A DNA stretch of 64,000 bases from Octopus vulgaris. Lineage: Eukaryota. Shown here piece after piece: positions 27,569 to 42,227 of this stretch. The stretch covers positions 124,001-188,000 of the forward strand of contig OX597837.1 in the NCBI GenBank assembly GCA_951406725.2, given 5' to 3'. The notes below the pieces were generated by a model. That model ran no database searches and was not told the origin of the DNA. It saw only the letters and a list, made by a program, of their open reading frames with translations. The position numbers were made by a program, and so were the translations under genes. The first letter of the stretch is position 1; the number at the start of each line of letters is the position of its first letter.

Positions 27569-28045
27569 CAATAGTTTTATTTTTATATCGTGCTTTCACT
27601 TCACTACCGAGCGCAGCTCTGTGTGCCTTGGCTATGTGCTGTGGTTTGTTGTGATGCTCTTATGGTTACTGTATTGAAAGTGTTTTGCGTAGGATGTGTG
27701 CAGTGCCCAGTAGTGCAATTTTCTGTATGTTGTATATATTTGTAAGTCCTGGTGTTTTTGTTATGTATTTGAATATTTTTGATCATACCTAATGGGCCTA
27801 CTATGATAGGAATTGTTTCTGCTTTTAGACTCCACATTCGAGTTACCTCTATTTCTAGGTCTTTGTATTTTGAAAGTTTCTCCATTTCTTTTAGAGAAAC
27901 GTTGTCATCTGCTGGTATTGATACATCAATTAGAAAGCATTTTTTTTCCTGATCTCAGACAACTACATCTGACCTATTGGCCTAAAATTTCTCTATCTGT
28001 GTGTATATCCCAGAGTATGGTTGCTTTCTCGTTTTCTGGGACTTT
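27569..28045 (-). mobile_element. 5'-truncated Dong-family copy in (AAT)n
   Basis: [40 protein letters not shown] plus 3' UTR matching 61316-61805. Confidence 0.9.
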
Positions 28046-28058
28046 ATTATTATTATTA

Positions 28059-28156
<98 letters not shown>

Positions 28157-28710
28157 GAGTGAGAGGGCAGTGCATGACATCAAAGTGACACTGGGGTAAA
28201 ATATACGAAACCCAGTATACCCATCAGGACTACCCGCCTGATAAGGGTACACCAGGCACATGCATCACAACCATACGAGCACGACATGGTGATCTCATAT
28301 CAAGATAGACAGTGCATCACCTTGCAGGTGGGGCCCAGACATATCTTCTGGTCGAGTAGCCCATCCTGCTCAAAAGGTCCCTGAATAAGGATTGTTTAAG
28401 GATGTTGAACGAATCACCCATGTTTCCAAAAGTGAATTATCCAAACCTCGAAGAATTCCTTTCAGCACATGGCTATGATGCTCCCCCACTACTTCTGCTC
28501 ATGATTAGTGATGCACATGTCGTCAGCCACCAAGGGAAATGCTCTACTGGTTAAAGTCAAACAACTAACAAGTAAATCTGTAATATTGAGCGGAATATTT
28601 GCTGTAGCCCATCTTTTATACGAAGACAAAACAATGTACATGATAACACTTCCAATCAGTTAAGATCAGAAGCCATGAGAGCCACTGCCTGGTTCTGCAT
28701 CAGGGCATTT
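28157..28710 (-). mobile_element. ~555-bp non-coding element, second copy
   Basis: Reverse complement of 5003-5559; (AAT)n on both sides. Confidence 0.8.
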
Positions 28711-28855
28711 ATTATTATTATTATTATTATTATTGTTGTTGTTGTTGTTGTTGTTGCTGTTGTTATTTTTATTGTTGTTGCTGTTGTTGTTGTTGTTGTT
28801 GTTGTTCTTCTTCTTCTTCTTCTTCTTCTTCTTCTTCTTCTACTTCTTCTTCTTA

Positions 28856-28929
<74 letters not shown>

Positions 28930-30725
28930 TTAATCTGCATGTTTGATGCAATCATTTGCCGGGTTATAAGCTGAGCCCCAGGGTAAGTGAAGGTGAAGAG
29001 ATGTTCAAATATAACTGAAAATCTGGGGATGCGAAGTGGGGGCGGCAGTACATAAATACATTCAAATGCCACCGGAGTCGACAGTCCCTTTAATCTTTCC
29101 GAGGTTGATAAAATAAGGACCAGTCAAGCACTGGAGTCAATTCAATACTTTAAGTATCAACCACCACCGTCATCATTATTACTGACATATACATGGTCGC
29201 CGTCGATACTATCGCCGCCGCCGCCGCCGCCACCACCACCACCACCTCTACTACTACTACCACCACCATAAACACCACCACCATCATCATCATCCTCATT
29301 ATCACCATCATCACTTTTGTCCCTCTCCTCCTCCTTATTGAATACATAACGTTTGTTATTAAAGTTGTAATTATTACTGCTATTGTGGTTGTTGTAGTTG
29401 TCGATGTCGCCGTCGTTGTATAAGCGTTAGCAGCAGCAGCGGCGGTGGTGGTGGTGGTGGGGTTATAGTAGTTGTTGTTGTAGCAGTTTCCGTTCCTGTT
29501 TTTGATTAATATTTCTATTGTCGATGTCGATATATAATACTTGTTATTATTGTTGTTGCTCATGTCGTCGTCGTCGCTGTTGTAAAAGAACAAATATCTA
29601 AAAATCGCTGCATAAAACAAGACATAATGGGAAAGCTATATCGAATAGAAAAACGTACGTCTCACAGCAATTATCGTCTGTACGAGATTACGAGCTCTTT
29701 TGACAGGTTATTTAAACGAACTTTCTAGATTTCAACCAATATCGTCCGATACCACAATTGTATTCCTGGAAGCGTAAATGGTCGGAGAATTGTGCAAGGA
29801 ATTTTATAGCAGACAATATGGCTGCCGAACGGGACTGAATGCCAAAATATTACTGATATATGGCGTCAGCTTTGTTCTGGACGCGTTTATTGAGATAAAC
29901 ACCACTTAGATACTCAAAAGTCTTCGTTCTGTTTTATTTTTAGTCCTTTATAACCCAGGAGGTCGCAAGGACATTTTAAAAATCATGTTGGATGTCTTCT
30001 ACGTATGTATGTATGTATGTATGTATGTATGTATGTATGTATGTATGTATTTATGTATGTATGTATGTATGTATGCATGCATACATGTCTGTATGTGTGT
30101 ATGTGTGTATGCATGTGTGTACATATATGTATGTATATATATATGCATATATACACACATATATATATATACATATATGCGTACATATATATATATATAT
30201 ATATAAACACACATATATTTATATTTATATAAATACATATCTATATGTTTATATATACATGTATACATACATATATATGTATGTAAATGTATATGTGTGT
30301 GTAAATATATATATACACGTGTGTTTGTAAGTATACACACACACACACATACTCACTCTCTCTCTCTGTCTCTTTCACACAGACACACACTCATACACAA
30401 GACCACTTTTCTTTACATATTTTTGATGTTTAAGCGTTCACTCGCTTTGGGGTCGTGTTGTGTCGCCTCTTGAGAAGTCCATTTGCTGTGTGGAGGCTTT
30501 CTTGGTGCTTCTCTTACCTTTATTGTAACAGAAGGCTCTTAACACAGAATGACCGAGTGACTCTTATTATATCATTGATACACGCGGTTTCCCGCTTAGT
30601 ACTGACCCACTTCATTGAAGTCAAATACCACTTAGGTACATCAGGAAGTCATAAAGCTTTCTCTGTCTTTGTCCCATCATCCTTTGGTTTGGCAAGGTCA
30701 CTTTTTAATAAGATCATGTAATGAA

Positions 30726-30761
<36 letters not shown>

Positions 30762-31118
30762 CATCCTCCTCATCATCATCCTCATCATCATTATCATCAT
30801 CACCTACATAATCATCGCTGTAGTCGTCGAGGTTGTCTTCAACATTATCATCGACATCACCACCATTATCATCACCACCTGCACCACCACAACCACCATT
30901 ATCATCATCCTCATCGTTATCATCATCACCATCATCATCACCAAAATCATCACCATCATCGTCACAATCATCGTCATCATCATAATCGTCATCATCATCG
31001 TCGTCGTCGTCGTCATCACCGTCGTCGTCGTCGTCGTCATCATCCTCCTCCTCCTCCTCCTCCTCATCATCATCATCATCGTCATCATCATCGTCATCGT
31101 CATCGTCATCATCATCAT

Positions 31119-31321
31119 CAGCGAACTGGCAGAATTGCTAAATGCGTCGTCGATAAAATTTCTTTCGAACTCTTTCTTGGTGCTTCGAGTTCAAATCTCG
31201 CAGCCACCATCTTGCCTTTCATCCTTTCGGAAGGTCATGAAACAAACACCAGTCGAGTACTAGAAACCCCCATCTACACATCCACCTTCACGAAGCTGCT
31301 GGTTTTGTGCTAACATTTGAA

Positions 31322-31322
<1 letters not shown>
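31119..31322 (+). mobile_element. SINE family A, diverged
   Basis: gcgaactggcagaattgcta..gagttcaaatc..ttgcctttcatcctttcgg. Confidence 0.65.
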
Positions 31323-31368
<46 letters not shown>

Positions 31369-31640
31369 ATAGAATTAGTAGTAGTGGTGGTGGTGGTAGT
31401 AGTAGTAGTAGTCAGAATTGTGGTTGTTTTGTTTGAATTGTGTTGTCAACAGTTTAATATATTTCTGTTTGATTAAAGACTGAGGCCAAAAGATTCAGAC
31501 AATTCTTACATTCACAACCAACTCAAGCACATTTCTACTTCCTCTTTCCTTCGCTCGTTGCACCACTCTACACACACACACACACACGCACGTGTGAGTA
31601 TATTTATATATATATATATGAGTATATGTGTGTGTATGTG

Positions 31641-31723
<83 letters not shown>

Positions 31724-31850
31724 ATATATATATATATAAGTGTATGTGTATATATATATATATATTCATATTAATCTAATTATATATATGTGTGTGCATA
31801 TATATCTATATATTTATATGCATATCTATCTATATATTTATATCTATGCA

Positions 31851-31922
<72 letters not shown>

Positions 31923-32547
31923 ATCTACACATAGATATAAAACCTGATGCTCTATTAGAGCGCTAATTAGTTGTGCTGTATAAGGTGATAGCTATCCCAT
32001 TTATTTCTTTATTATACATATATGCATCTCTCTTTTTATCTACCTACCTACTTACCTACCTACCTACCTACCTACCTACCTACCTACCTACCTACCTACC
32101 TACCTACTTACTTATTTATCTGTATGTCTGTCTGTCTCTCTAATACACACACACACACACATATATATATAAAGCAGTTAGGTAGAAAGGTATCGTGTTT
32201 GAATTGGAAAGTGATAGAAGACGCAAACATCGTTTCAACAAAAAAACGTACATATAAAACCATATATATATATATATACACATAGGTGCGTGTGTGTGGT
32301 GTCTATGTCGCATATATACAAACATCCACACACATCCACTCACAGATGTTCTATATCGTCAATAAACATTCTAAATAAACTTCAATATTTTATCAATCTT
32401 TCATTGTCTCCGTTTGTTGAAATCTCCTTGCCAAAATACATTCAATCTTCCTTATATTTTACCTCTCCACCATTTCGATTTTCTTCCTCTCCAATCTCAT
32501 ATTCTTCACTTCTCCATTCTTCATTATCTCTAAACCCACCTCACATC

Positions 32548-32631
<84 letters not shown>

Positions 32632-32673
32632 TCGTTCATTCGTTCGTTCCTTCCCTCTTTGTTTCGTTTTCCT

Positions 32674-32713
<40 letters not shown>

Positions 32714-32759
32714 TTTTACGTTCGTTCGCTCGTTCCTTCCCTCTTTGTTTCGTTTTCCT

Positions 32760-32791
<32 letters not shown>

Positions 32792-33397
32792 TCGTTCGTT
32801 CGCTCCTTCCCTCTTTGTTTCGTTTTCTTTCTTTCTTTCTTTCTTTCTTTCCTTCTCGTCATTCACCGCTGTCCCTTTGTCTAACTCGTTCTTTCTCTCA
32901 ATATATGTCGAAAAGAAATGAACATCGTTGCAGCGTTTCGCCCTTCTTGAGGACTTGTCAATAACATATAGCTATTTGTCGTTTGCTTCAATGGAATTTT
33001 TGCCTGTCTATATAAGACACAGGGAATAATGAATTCACTGATAATGCAGAATGCTTTCTGGGTTGTAAAAAAACTCGGTGAGCACGTCAGACATACACAC
33101 ACACACACACACACATCAACAAATCGATGACGCTAATAAACCACATCCCACTTTCCAGACAACGTGTTACCATCAACATTCTGTCCTCGAACGTGGTCCG
33201 GGCAATTTGGAATACATAGTGGAATTGATGTTGCTACCAAATGTGACCTGCGTTGACCAACAGCGGGTCAACTTCCAAAAGCCATCTTAATGTTGCCTCA
33301 TTCGGTTTCTACAATCCTGACGAAACACTCGCTTGACGAACCTACGAAACTTTAAGTTGCATTAAATCGAATGAAATTGTTATTAAATAATATATAT

Positions 33398-33478
<81 letters not shown>

Positions 33479-33594
33479 TATATATGTGGTATGTACACAT
33501 AAATACACACACACATATACATATATTTATGCATGGATATCAAAAGTGTACTAATAAATAAATAAATAAATAAATATATATATATATATATATA

Positions 33595-34020
33595 AAGTTA
33601 ATCCAAACAAGAAAACAAAAAGACAACAACGCAAGGATGTGGAACAAATAAAGTATTATTGGACGCTCAGGAAAGAAGGGAAGAAGGAGGGCCTGACGTT
33701 TCGAGCGGAGCTCTTTGTCGGAAACATAGGAGAAAGAAAGATCCCGAGACGGAAAAAAAATTGCAGGTAGTATTCACGAGGTCACATACTAAAAAGACGG
33801 AAGTGGTAAAAATGGAGGAAAATGTTTTTAAAAACAAGATAGTTGAATCAAAGAAGAAATGGTAAAAAAGGTGTGCGAGATGATAAGGGTGTGTGTGTGA
33901 GTGTGTGCGTGTGTGTGTATGTGTGTGTATGGTGGACAATGGCTAGTAGTAGGCAGTAGTAGAATTAAGGAGTGGTGTGGGGGTACCCTAGCAAGTCAGA
34001 AAGGCAGGTCAGAAACAGGG
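33595..34020 (-). mobile_element. Penelope-like element remnant with minimal hammerhead motif
   Basis: Starts at (TA)n; 33691-33725 reverse complement GTTT-CCGACAA-A-GAGC-TCC-GCTC-GAAAC-GTC-AGGC. Confidence 0.6.
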
Positions 34021-36422
34021 AGGTATGTGTGTGTGCGTGTATATGTATCGTGTGTGTGTTTTGTTGTAGTATGTGTGTGTGTACGTATGCGTTCTTTTGT
34101 GTGTATGGCGAGTAACTGTGCTTAACTTAGCGTATGTGTGCGTGTGTGCTTGTACGTGCGTGTGAGTGTATATATACGTATGTATGATTGTGTGCTTGTA
34201 TGTATGTATGTGCGTGTATGTATGGTTGTGTGCCGTATGGGATGTATGTGTGGGTTCATTTGTGTGTGTGTGTGCGTGTGTATGTATGTGCGTGTAGTTG
34301 TGTGTGTGTGTATGTGTGCGTTTGTATGTGTGTGTGTGTAAGCGTAAATGGATGCATATGCGTGTATCCGTGGGGTTGTGAGTTTCTTTTTGCGCGTGTG
34401 CGTGCGTATGTGTGCGCATGTTTTGGTATGCGTATGTATGTGTGTGTCTGTGCTTATATGTGTGTATGTATGTGTATGTGTGCGTGCGCGTGGAGGTATA
34501 TGTTGTGTGTATGTATATGTGTCGGTGTGTATGTGAATTAGTGTGTGTTTGTACGTGTGTATGTGTGTGTGTGTGGGTATTGTATATATATGTAAATGTG
34601 TGTGTGTACGTGCGTGGGAGTGAATGTATGTATGTATGTGCGTGTGTGTACAAATGTAGGGGTTTATATGTTTATATGTGTGTATATATATGCATGCAAG
34701 GACACACTTCGCAACTGAAAAATTGATGGAAAAAACTCTCTCGGTGCGGGCGCATGCGAATCTACAGGCACACACGCACACGCCCAGACGTACGCCCGAA
34801 ATAAAGCCAGACCCCACAGGCATGCGTGTATGCATGTATGTATGTGTGCGTGCGCGCGCGAACATGCGTGTATGCATGCGAGTGTGTATGTAGGTATGTG
34901 TGTGTGTATGTATGTATGTATGTGTGAGTGTGTATGTGTGTATGTCTGTGTGTATGTATGTCCGTATGAGTGTATGTAAGTATATGTGTGTGTATATGTG
35001 TATGTGTATGTGTGTATGTGTGCGTGCGTGTATGTATGTGTGTATGTATGTATGTGTGTGTATGTATGTATGTGTGTATGTATGTTTGTGTGTATGTGTG
35101 TAAGTGTGTGTGTATGTATGTATGTATGTATGTGTGTGTGTATGTATGTATGTGTGCATGCGTGTATTTGTGTGTGTATGTATGTATGTGTGTCTGTGCA
35201 TAACGTCACAGACACCTTCAAACGCGTTTACACATACACAGACACACGCGCGCGCACTCGTACAGTTGAAAGCAACAGAGAGAAGAAGCAGATCTGTTCA
35301 TTTGTGAAGGAATTTCTCAGTGAAGTCTTGGAGACTCAATTTAACTTCTATTGAAATGTCGGCAGTAATTAAAACCAAGACTACCAGACTACAACGTCAC
35401 TATTTGCAGTGGAGACTTTAACATATATATATTGTGGCGAGGGGAATGTATTGGGGTGGTGGTGTTGATGGTTGTGGTGTTTGCAGTGGAGGTGGAAGTA
35501 GTGATAATAGTGGTGGTGGTTGTGGAGGTGGTGATGGTACCGGTGATGGCGATGGTGGTGGCTATAGTCGTGCTGTTAGTTACAAGGTGGCGAGGGTGCT
35601 GGCGATATTTAAGGAGGATAATGGTTTGTGAGATTCATTAGATTTTGCTCTCATCGCCGCCATCGCTGTTCTCCTCCTCCTCCTCCTCCTCCTCCTCCTC
35701 TTCCTCTTCCTCACCCTCCTCCTCCTCCTCCTCATCATCATCAGCAGCAGCACCAGCAGCGGCACTAGAAGCAATGGTACTATTTGAAATAAATTGATAA
35801 ATTGGAATCTCGCATTCTCTCAGCTTGCATATATACATGTTGTATGCATGTATGCACATATGCATACACACGTATATACATACGTTCATGGGCATACATA
35901 ATAATATATATATATATATATATATATATGCACCTTTCTATCAATACATACATATATCTATATGTTTGTTTGTGTGTGTGTCAGGGTGCGAGTGTGTATG
36001 TGTGTGTATTCTCTAACATTTGTTGTAGGGAAGATAATGTAGGACAGTCAAATCCGAAATTTAAGGAGACATTAGAGGGAAGTGTAGAACAACGCTCGGA
36101 GAGAAATGCCCCCACCCTCACCGAAACAACGACCCAAACGTATGTATGTATTCATGTATGTGTGTATGCATGTGTATACAAGTATGTATGCTTATGCCTG
36201 TATGTATAAGTATGTGTATATGGTCATGAGCGTGTATGCCTGTGCATGCATGTATATGTATATGTATGAATATATACATATATATGCATATATACATCTA
36301 CGTATGTGTGTATATGTATATATAATATATATATATATACATTTATATATATATAAACATATGTATATATACATATATATAAACATGCATGTATATATAG
36401 ATATATGTATACATGTACATGT

Positions 36423-36469
<47 letters not shown>

Positions 36470-36782
36470 CACACGCACACACACATACACATACACATGT
36501 ACCTTAATAGTACATTTTGACTAACTATTGTGAAGTCTTCGATAGTTACTATTTTAGCTGTCAGTTTACAACAGGAAATGAAAAGACGAATCAAAAAATT
36601 CCGAATTTGTGTTTTTTTTTGTTTTACTTTTATATTTTTCCTTCTAAAGTTTTCGCCGAAACACCACCATCATCATCATCACCATCATCACCACCACCAC
36701 CACCACCACCATCACCACCATCATCGACGCCACTATTTCCACATAATTCTTCGTATAATTCGTAGTTTGTCTAATGGCTTAC

Positions 36783-36860
36783 TTTATCCGAATCCTCATC
36801 GACTTGTGTTGTATTCCTCCCGATCGTCGGCGACCAAAGCGATGGAAAAGAAGTAGCTGT
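36783..36860 (-). other. Candidate 78-nt internal exon of an unidentified transcript
   Basis: Acceptor cCTAATgtcagtttcttccAG and donor AAA|GTAAGC on the minus strand; unique sequence between microsatellites; two of three frames open; no recognised protein. Confidence 0.45.
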
Positions 36861-37094
36861 CTGGAAGAAACTGACATTAGGAATCAATCCCTATGTCATC
36901 ATAGCGCAGCCGATTCTGAGAGCGATACATGCATACATACATGCATACATACATACATACATACATACATACATACATACATACATACACACATACATAT
37001 AGACACACTAACACACACATACACATACACACGCATATTTATAGATAGGTAGATAGGTAGATATGAAAAGATCAAGTGTCCCTACTGATTTCTA

Positions 37095-37265
37095 AGCTCA
37101 TAAGGCCTCTTTCCCTGACCCTGTGGCGTATTTATCCTCAACCAGCAGACGGAACGAAATGAAGAGTTTTGCTCAAGAATGCAATGCGTCGTCCGGTCCG
37201 GGAATCGAAACCACAACCATACGATCATGAGTCCAACACCTTAGCCACTAAGCTACTACACCTCA
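37095..37265 (-). mobile_element. SINE family B
   Basis: tttgctcaagaatgcaatgcgtcgtccggtccgggaatcgaaaccacaacc..ccactaagc. Confidence 0.75.
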
Positions 37266-37585
37266 ACACACAAACACCCCCGCCACACACACACAACTGT
37301 TTCTGCTATAAGATGCAGTGGACTCATAGCTGAGTACCTGAGTAACACATTATGGCCTGCTTCAATGAAGCAATAAGGTCTCACTCAAGCACTAAACTAT
37401 GAGTCCACTGCATCATAGAGCAGAAACAGCCGTAAGTCAATGAAGTAACTAAAACAATCATTTATTTCTTTGTCCGCTCATTTTCTTATTACCTCTCTCT
37501 ACTCGATTAACACTTCGTTCTGAAACATACGGATATTGAGTTCTACACCAGATCATTAGTCTGAGTATGTCCAAGCGAAATATAT

Positions 37586-37630
<45 letters not shown>

Positions 37631-37632
<2 letters not shown>

Positions 37633-38086
37633 CAATAATAAATCTCTGAACGAGGTGTAAACAGTAACTGCACGACAATGTGAGGTATACTAGCCATCTC
37701 AATATGGCTAACCACTAGGCTAGTATACCTCACATTGTCGTGCAGTTACTGTTTACATCTCGTTCAGAGATTTATTATTGCTTGCATACAGTTTTTTGAG
37801 ATCAGTGACGAAAAGTTACTGGAAAAAACGATATAAGGATTTGCATTGGGACTCCCTTCATCGAAAACCGGTGATTGTCGTACGCCGACGACAGGTCAAT
37901 ACCTAGAAACTGCAGTCCGTGCGTATCACTTAGGTTGACGAGGGAGGGATGACCTCCCTTTGTAAATACCATAAGGGCACAGAAAGTGTGCCTAAAGCCA
38001 GCTGGAGACGATGTTCCCCTGGGGCTACAAGCTACAGTAACACCCACCCTTAGTGGTTAGCCATATTGAGATGGCTAGTATACCTC
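37631..38086. mobile_element. Foldback element with circularly permuted unit (Penelope-like architecture)
   Basis: 65-bp arms 37631-37695 / 37718-37782; 38051-38086 is the reverse complement of 37682-37717; (TA)n flanks. Confidence 0.7.
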
Positions 38087-38132
38087 CCCCCCCCCATATA
38101 TATATACATAGGCCTGTTTATTTTCTCTTATT

Positions 38133-38170
38133 CCTTTCTGTTGAAAAGCGTAGGCTAGAAACGTAAAAGG
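38133..38170 (+). ncRNA. Minimal type I hammerhead ribozyme-like motif (non-canonical core)
   Basis: CCTTT-CTGTTGA-A-AAGC-GTAG-GCTA-GAA-ACGT-A-AAAGG: 5-bp stem I, short stem II, loopless palindromic stem III, GUA site; A6 substituted. Confidence 0.5.
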
Positions 38171-38508
38171 CTTTTTTATTTTTCCTGAGCGTCAAAGTAA
38201 TACACCTGTCTTCCTATACCTGTATTCATTTTTTGTTTTTCTATAAATTTCAACTAGATAGATAGATCGATCAGTCGATCGATAGATATAGAACAGTGAG
38301 TGCGTTGGATTCGATACCTACAACTCGTCTATTTTATTGTATTGACCTCGATAAGATGAAAAGTAATGTTTACGACGGCCGCATTTCAACAATAACCACA
38401 ATTTATCCTCCGGTGCTCTACCGATTGCTCAAACAAAACACACCAAATCCAATTTAAATGTCTTTGTCGATTCTGTCTACAGAATTTCTACTTTTCTCTT
38501 TATACCAG

Positions 38509-38575
<67 letters not shown>

Positions 38576-38825
38576 GTAGTAGTAGTAGTAGTAGTAGTAG
38601 TATTTTTGTCGGTATTTGTATTATTTCTTCGTTGTTGCTTACTCTGCGTTTTTGGAGTCTTACGGTGGACATTTTAGAATTGGGCTCCAGTTATAGAAAG
38701 CCCTTTAACATCCTGCATTCCTGGCAAACATAATCTTTCTGTCAGATTGTCTGTGGTTTACTCCGAATAGAATCATTAAGTTTATTGGTGTTCTGTCTAG
38801 TCTTGATAATTCTTTTAGCTTCCAG

Positions 38826-39182
<357 letters not shown>

Positions 39183-39599
39183 TTGAATAATCAAATTGAA
39201 TGTTCAGAGACATTAAAACGTGGAAATACAGGGTGTAACTGGAAAAAGTAACGAAATGACATGTGGAAGCGATTATATTGAATTAAGATATTTGGATAAA
39301 AATGGGAGAGTCTTTGATTTATTAACGAAAAATAACACTTTTACAGCATAATCTGGCAAAAATTCTTGAAACGTGAAACCATGTTCTCCAAAAACTCCTC
39401 CACTATAAGTGAATGTCTGATGATGAAGCAGAAATAAAGAATTGCTGAATCAGAGCTGAGATTGTGCCATGTAAGAACGGCTGAAACGGGACGGGGGGGG
39501 GCAGGTATCAGGAATCTATAATCTATAATTTCATGATGACCCAGATTTTCTTTCTTTTTATTGTCTTGGTTACATTTTGAGTCAATATGGGCTCCCACA

Positions 39600-39900
39600 G
39601 TTATTCAGGCACTACGTTTGTTGTTGTGACTAATCTCATTCTTCGAAATTCATTCGTTGTCCATATTCTTCAACCTCTCACACTCTCCGCCACAAAATTC
39701 TACTTTTGCTGTTGGTGCTGCGACGATTGTTATCTCATTTTCTTTTTTACCTAATTCTTGTAAAAATAGTTTTGCGTTAATGTCAAACAGTTTGTTTTCT
39801 TCAAAGAATCGTTGCTTCTGATCCTGACGACGAATTTTTTGAGATTTAACGAGAATCTCTTGTTTTAGGCGTTCTTTCATTTCGGGGACAACATTTTAAT
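39600..39900 (-). mobile_element. R4/Dong-like pre-RT fragment, decayed
   Basis: ERLKQEILVKSQKIRRQ..RFFEENKLFDINAKLFLQELG resembles the region upstream of the RT in R4/Dong ORFs. Confidence 0.5.
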
Positions 39901-40196
39901 TTCTTTCCTTTTATTTCTATTTTTGCTGTTTCTCTGGTTTTTCTTATTTCTTTATTTGTTTTTGTATTTGTATCGTTTCGATATTGATTTATGATGTATC
40001 TTTTTGTTATTGATTTTATCAAAGATCGATTGATCTTTTATTTTAATTTATTTCTTTTTTCTGTTTGTTTTCCCGCGTGTTTACTCGGGTGTTAATGTTT
40101 CGATACATAAACATAATATACACACTGTAAGTGACACACATGTATCATAACACACACACACACAGAGGCATACATAATTCACGTACATACACACAT

Positions 40197-40263
<67 letters not shown>

Positions 40264-40331
40264 AGTATATATATATATATATATATATATAAGTATATGT
40301 ATGTATATCTATGTATCTATCTATCTATCTA

Positions 40332-40365
<34 letters not shown>

Positions 40366-40386
40366 AGAGAGAGAGAGAGAGACATA

Positions 40387-40437
<51 letters not shown>

Positions 40438-40982
40438 CATATATGTATGTGGATATGTGGATATATATATATATATATATATATGCATATACATATACAT
40501 ACACACATACATGCATATATGCATATACTCAAACAAATATATAAATACGCACCAACAAAACACAAACACATGGTTTCTATGAGGACAAACACTTCCTAGA
40601 AATAACACCAAAATCGCCACAGAATACGGTTCTCTGTCTTAAGAGGTATAATAAATGATATGATGGGCATGTTTGGAACGCCTCTGATCCTAAGTCTGCT
40701 CAATCATGTCAAGCCTGAGGTTAAACAATAACAACGCATAAACAACATATAGAGATATACATTTACACTCAGTATTATACACACATGTGCACACATACTC
40801 ACAAAACCACATGTATACACCCATATACACACCATGACTCAAGCAAACATGTACACACACACACACATTCACTGATGTAGTGTTTGGGTTTAGACAAATC
40901 CAAACATAAAGAACAGATTCACACATAAACATGCGCACATACACACATATGTGCACACACAGTGAAACATATACCTACACCA

Positions 40983-41024
<42 letters not shown>

Positions 41025-42227
41025 ACACACACACACACTCACACACACACACACACACGCACGTATTTATGCATCAAAGCACATTCACTCATACACACAT
41101 ACAGGTACTTACATGGATGCACACAATATAAAATATATACACACACTCAGATACATCGACCTCAGGCATACATACACGTAAACACACACACGTACATACA
41201 TATATACACAAAGACATACACAAACAAATACACATACACACACACTCATAAACAGATAAAAATACGAAAAATTACGCTTATTAAGATTTACATATTCACA
41301 CATAGAAACACACACACACACACACTTATTCACAAAAACACACACGGGCACACACACATGCACCACACACATACACATACCACACACAAACACACATACA
41401 ATCACATACAGAGAAACGCACACAAATAAAACACATTGAAACACACGCACACATATGTATATATGTATACACATCTACACACATATATACATATAGAACA
41501 CAAGAAACATCAACACATAGTCATACACACACAAAAACACACACACACACATACACACACACACACACAGCTCTACGCCATTGTATTTACTCACGCATTT
41601 TTCGCCAAATCAAATTTTCCGCTTTCCAGATTTTCATTCTGTAAACATTTCGGTTCTGTTTTTGCAACCAATTCTATAGAAAAGAAAAGAGGAAACCGCC
41701 ACCTTCCCATCCTCCCTCACCAAACACCAATACCAACACCACCACCAACACCACCTTCACCTTCACCATCATACTATCAATAGAACCACTAGTAATGGTT
41801 TCTTTATTATTTTTATTCTTTTTTAAATAATGGTTTCTAACATGAAGAAAATGTTGGGTGAATGATTTAATAAAAGGGTGAAACTATTCTCCGATGGAAT
41901 ATAAATTTCTGTGTTAAAGTTTAAACTCTTCAATTAATAATGTACTTGGGATTTAATCGTTATCGAGTTGGACGCCATTTTCATGTGGCACGTAATGAAA
42001 AGATATAAAACACACACACACACGCACGCGCACTCGCGCGCACAACACGAAGATATATATATATTTATGTATGTGTGAGTGTATATATATATATACATGT
42101 ATACCTTTGGGTATACAAACGGGAAGAAAGAAAATCGATGTAACTTGTAGAGTTTCTGTTAAAAGATGAATGAATGATCAGATATATGTATATGTATACA
42201 TGCATATATATATATATATATATATAT

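Noticed and set aside
30669-31313. 214-aa His-rich ORF
   Set aside because: It is a (CAT/CGT)n repeat running into a SINE; no coding signal.
33310-33365. CTGACGA / TTGACGA...GAAAC.TTTAA.GTT possible hammerhead
   Set aside because: No credible stem II and at most a 2-bp stem I; possibly a decayed PLE end but unsupported.
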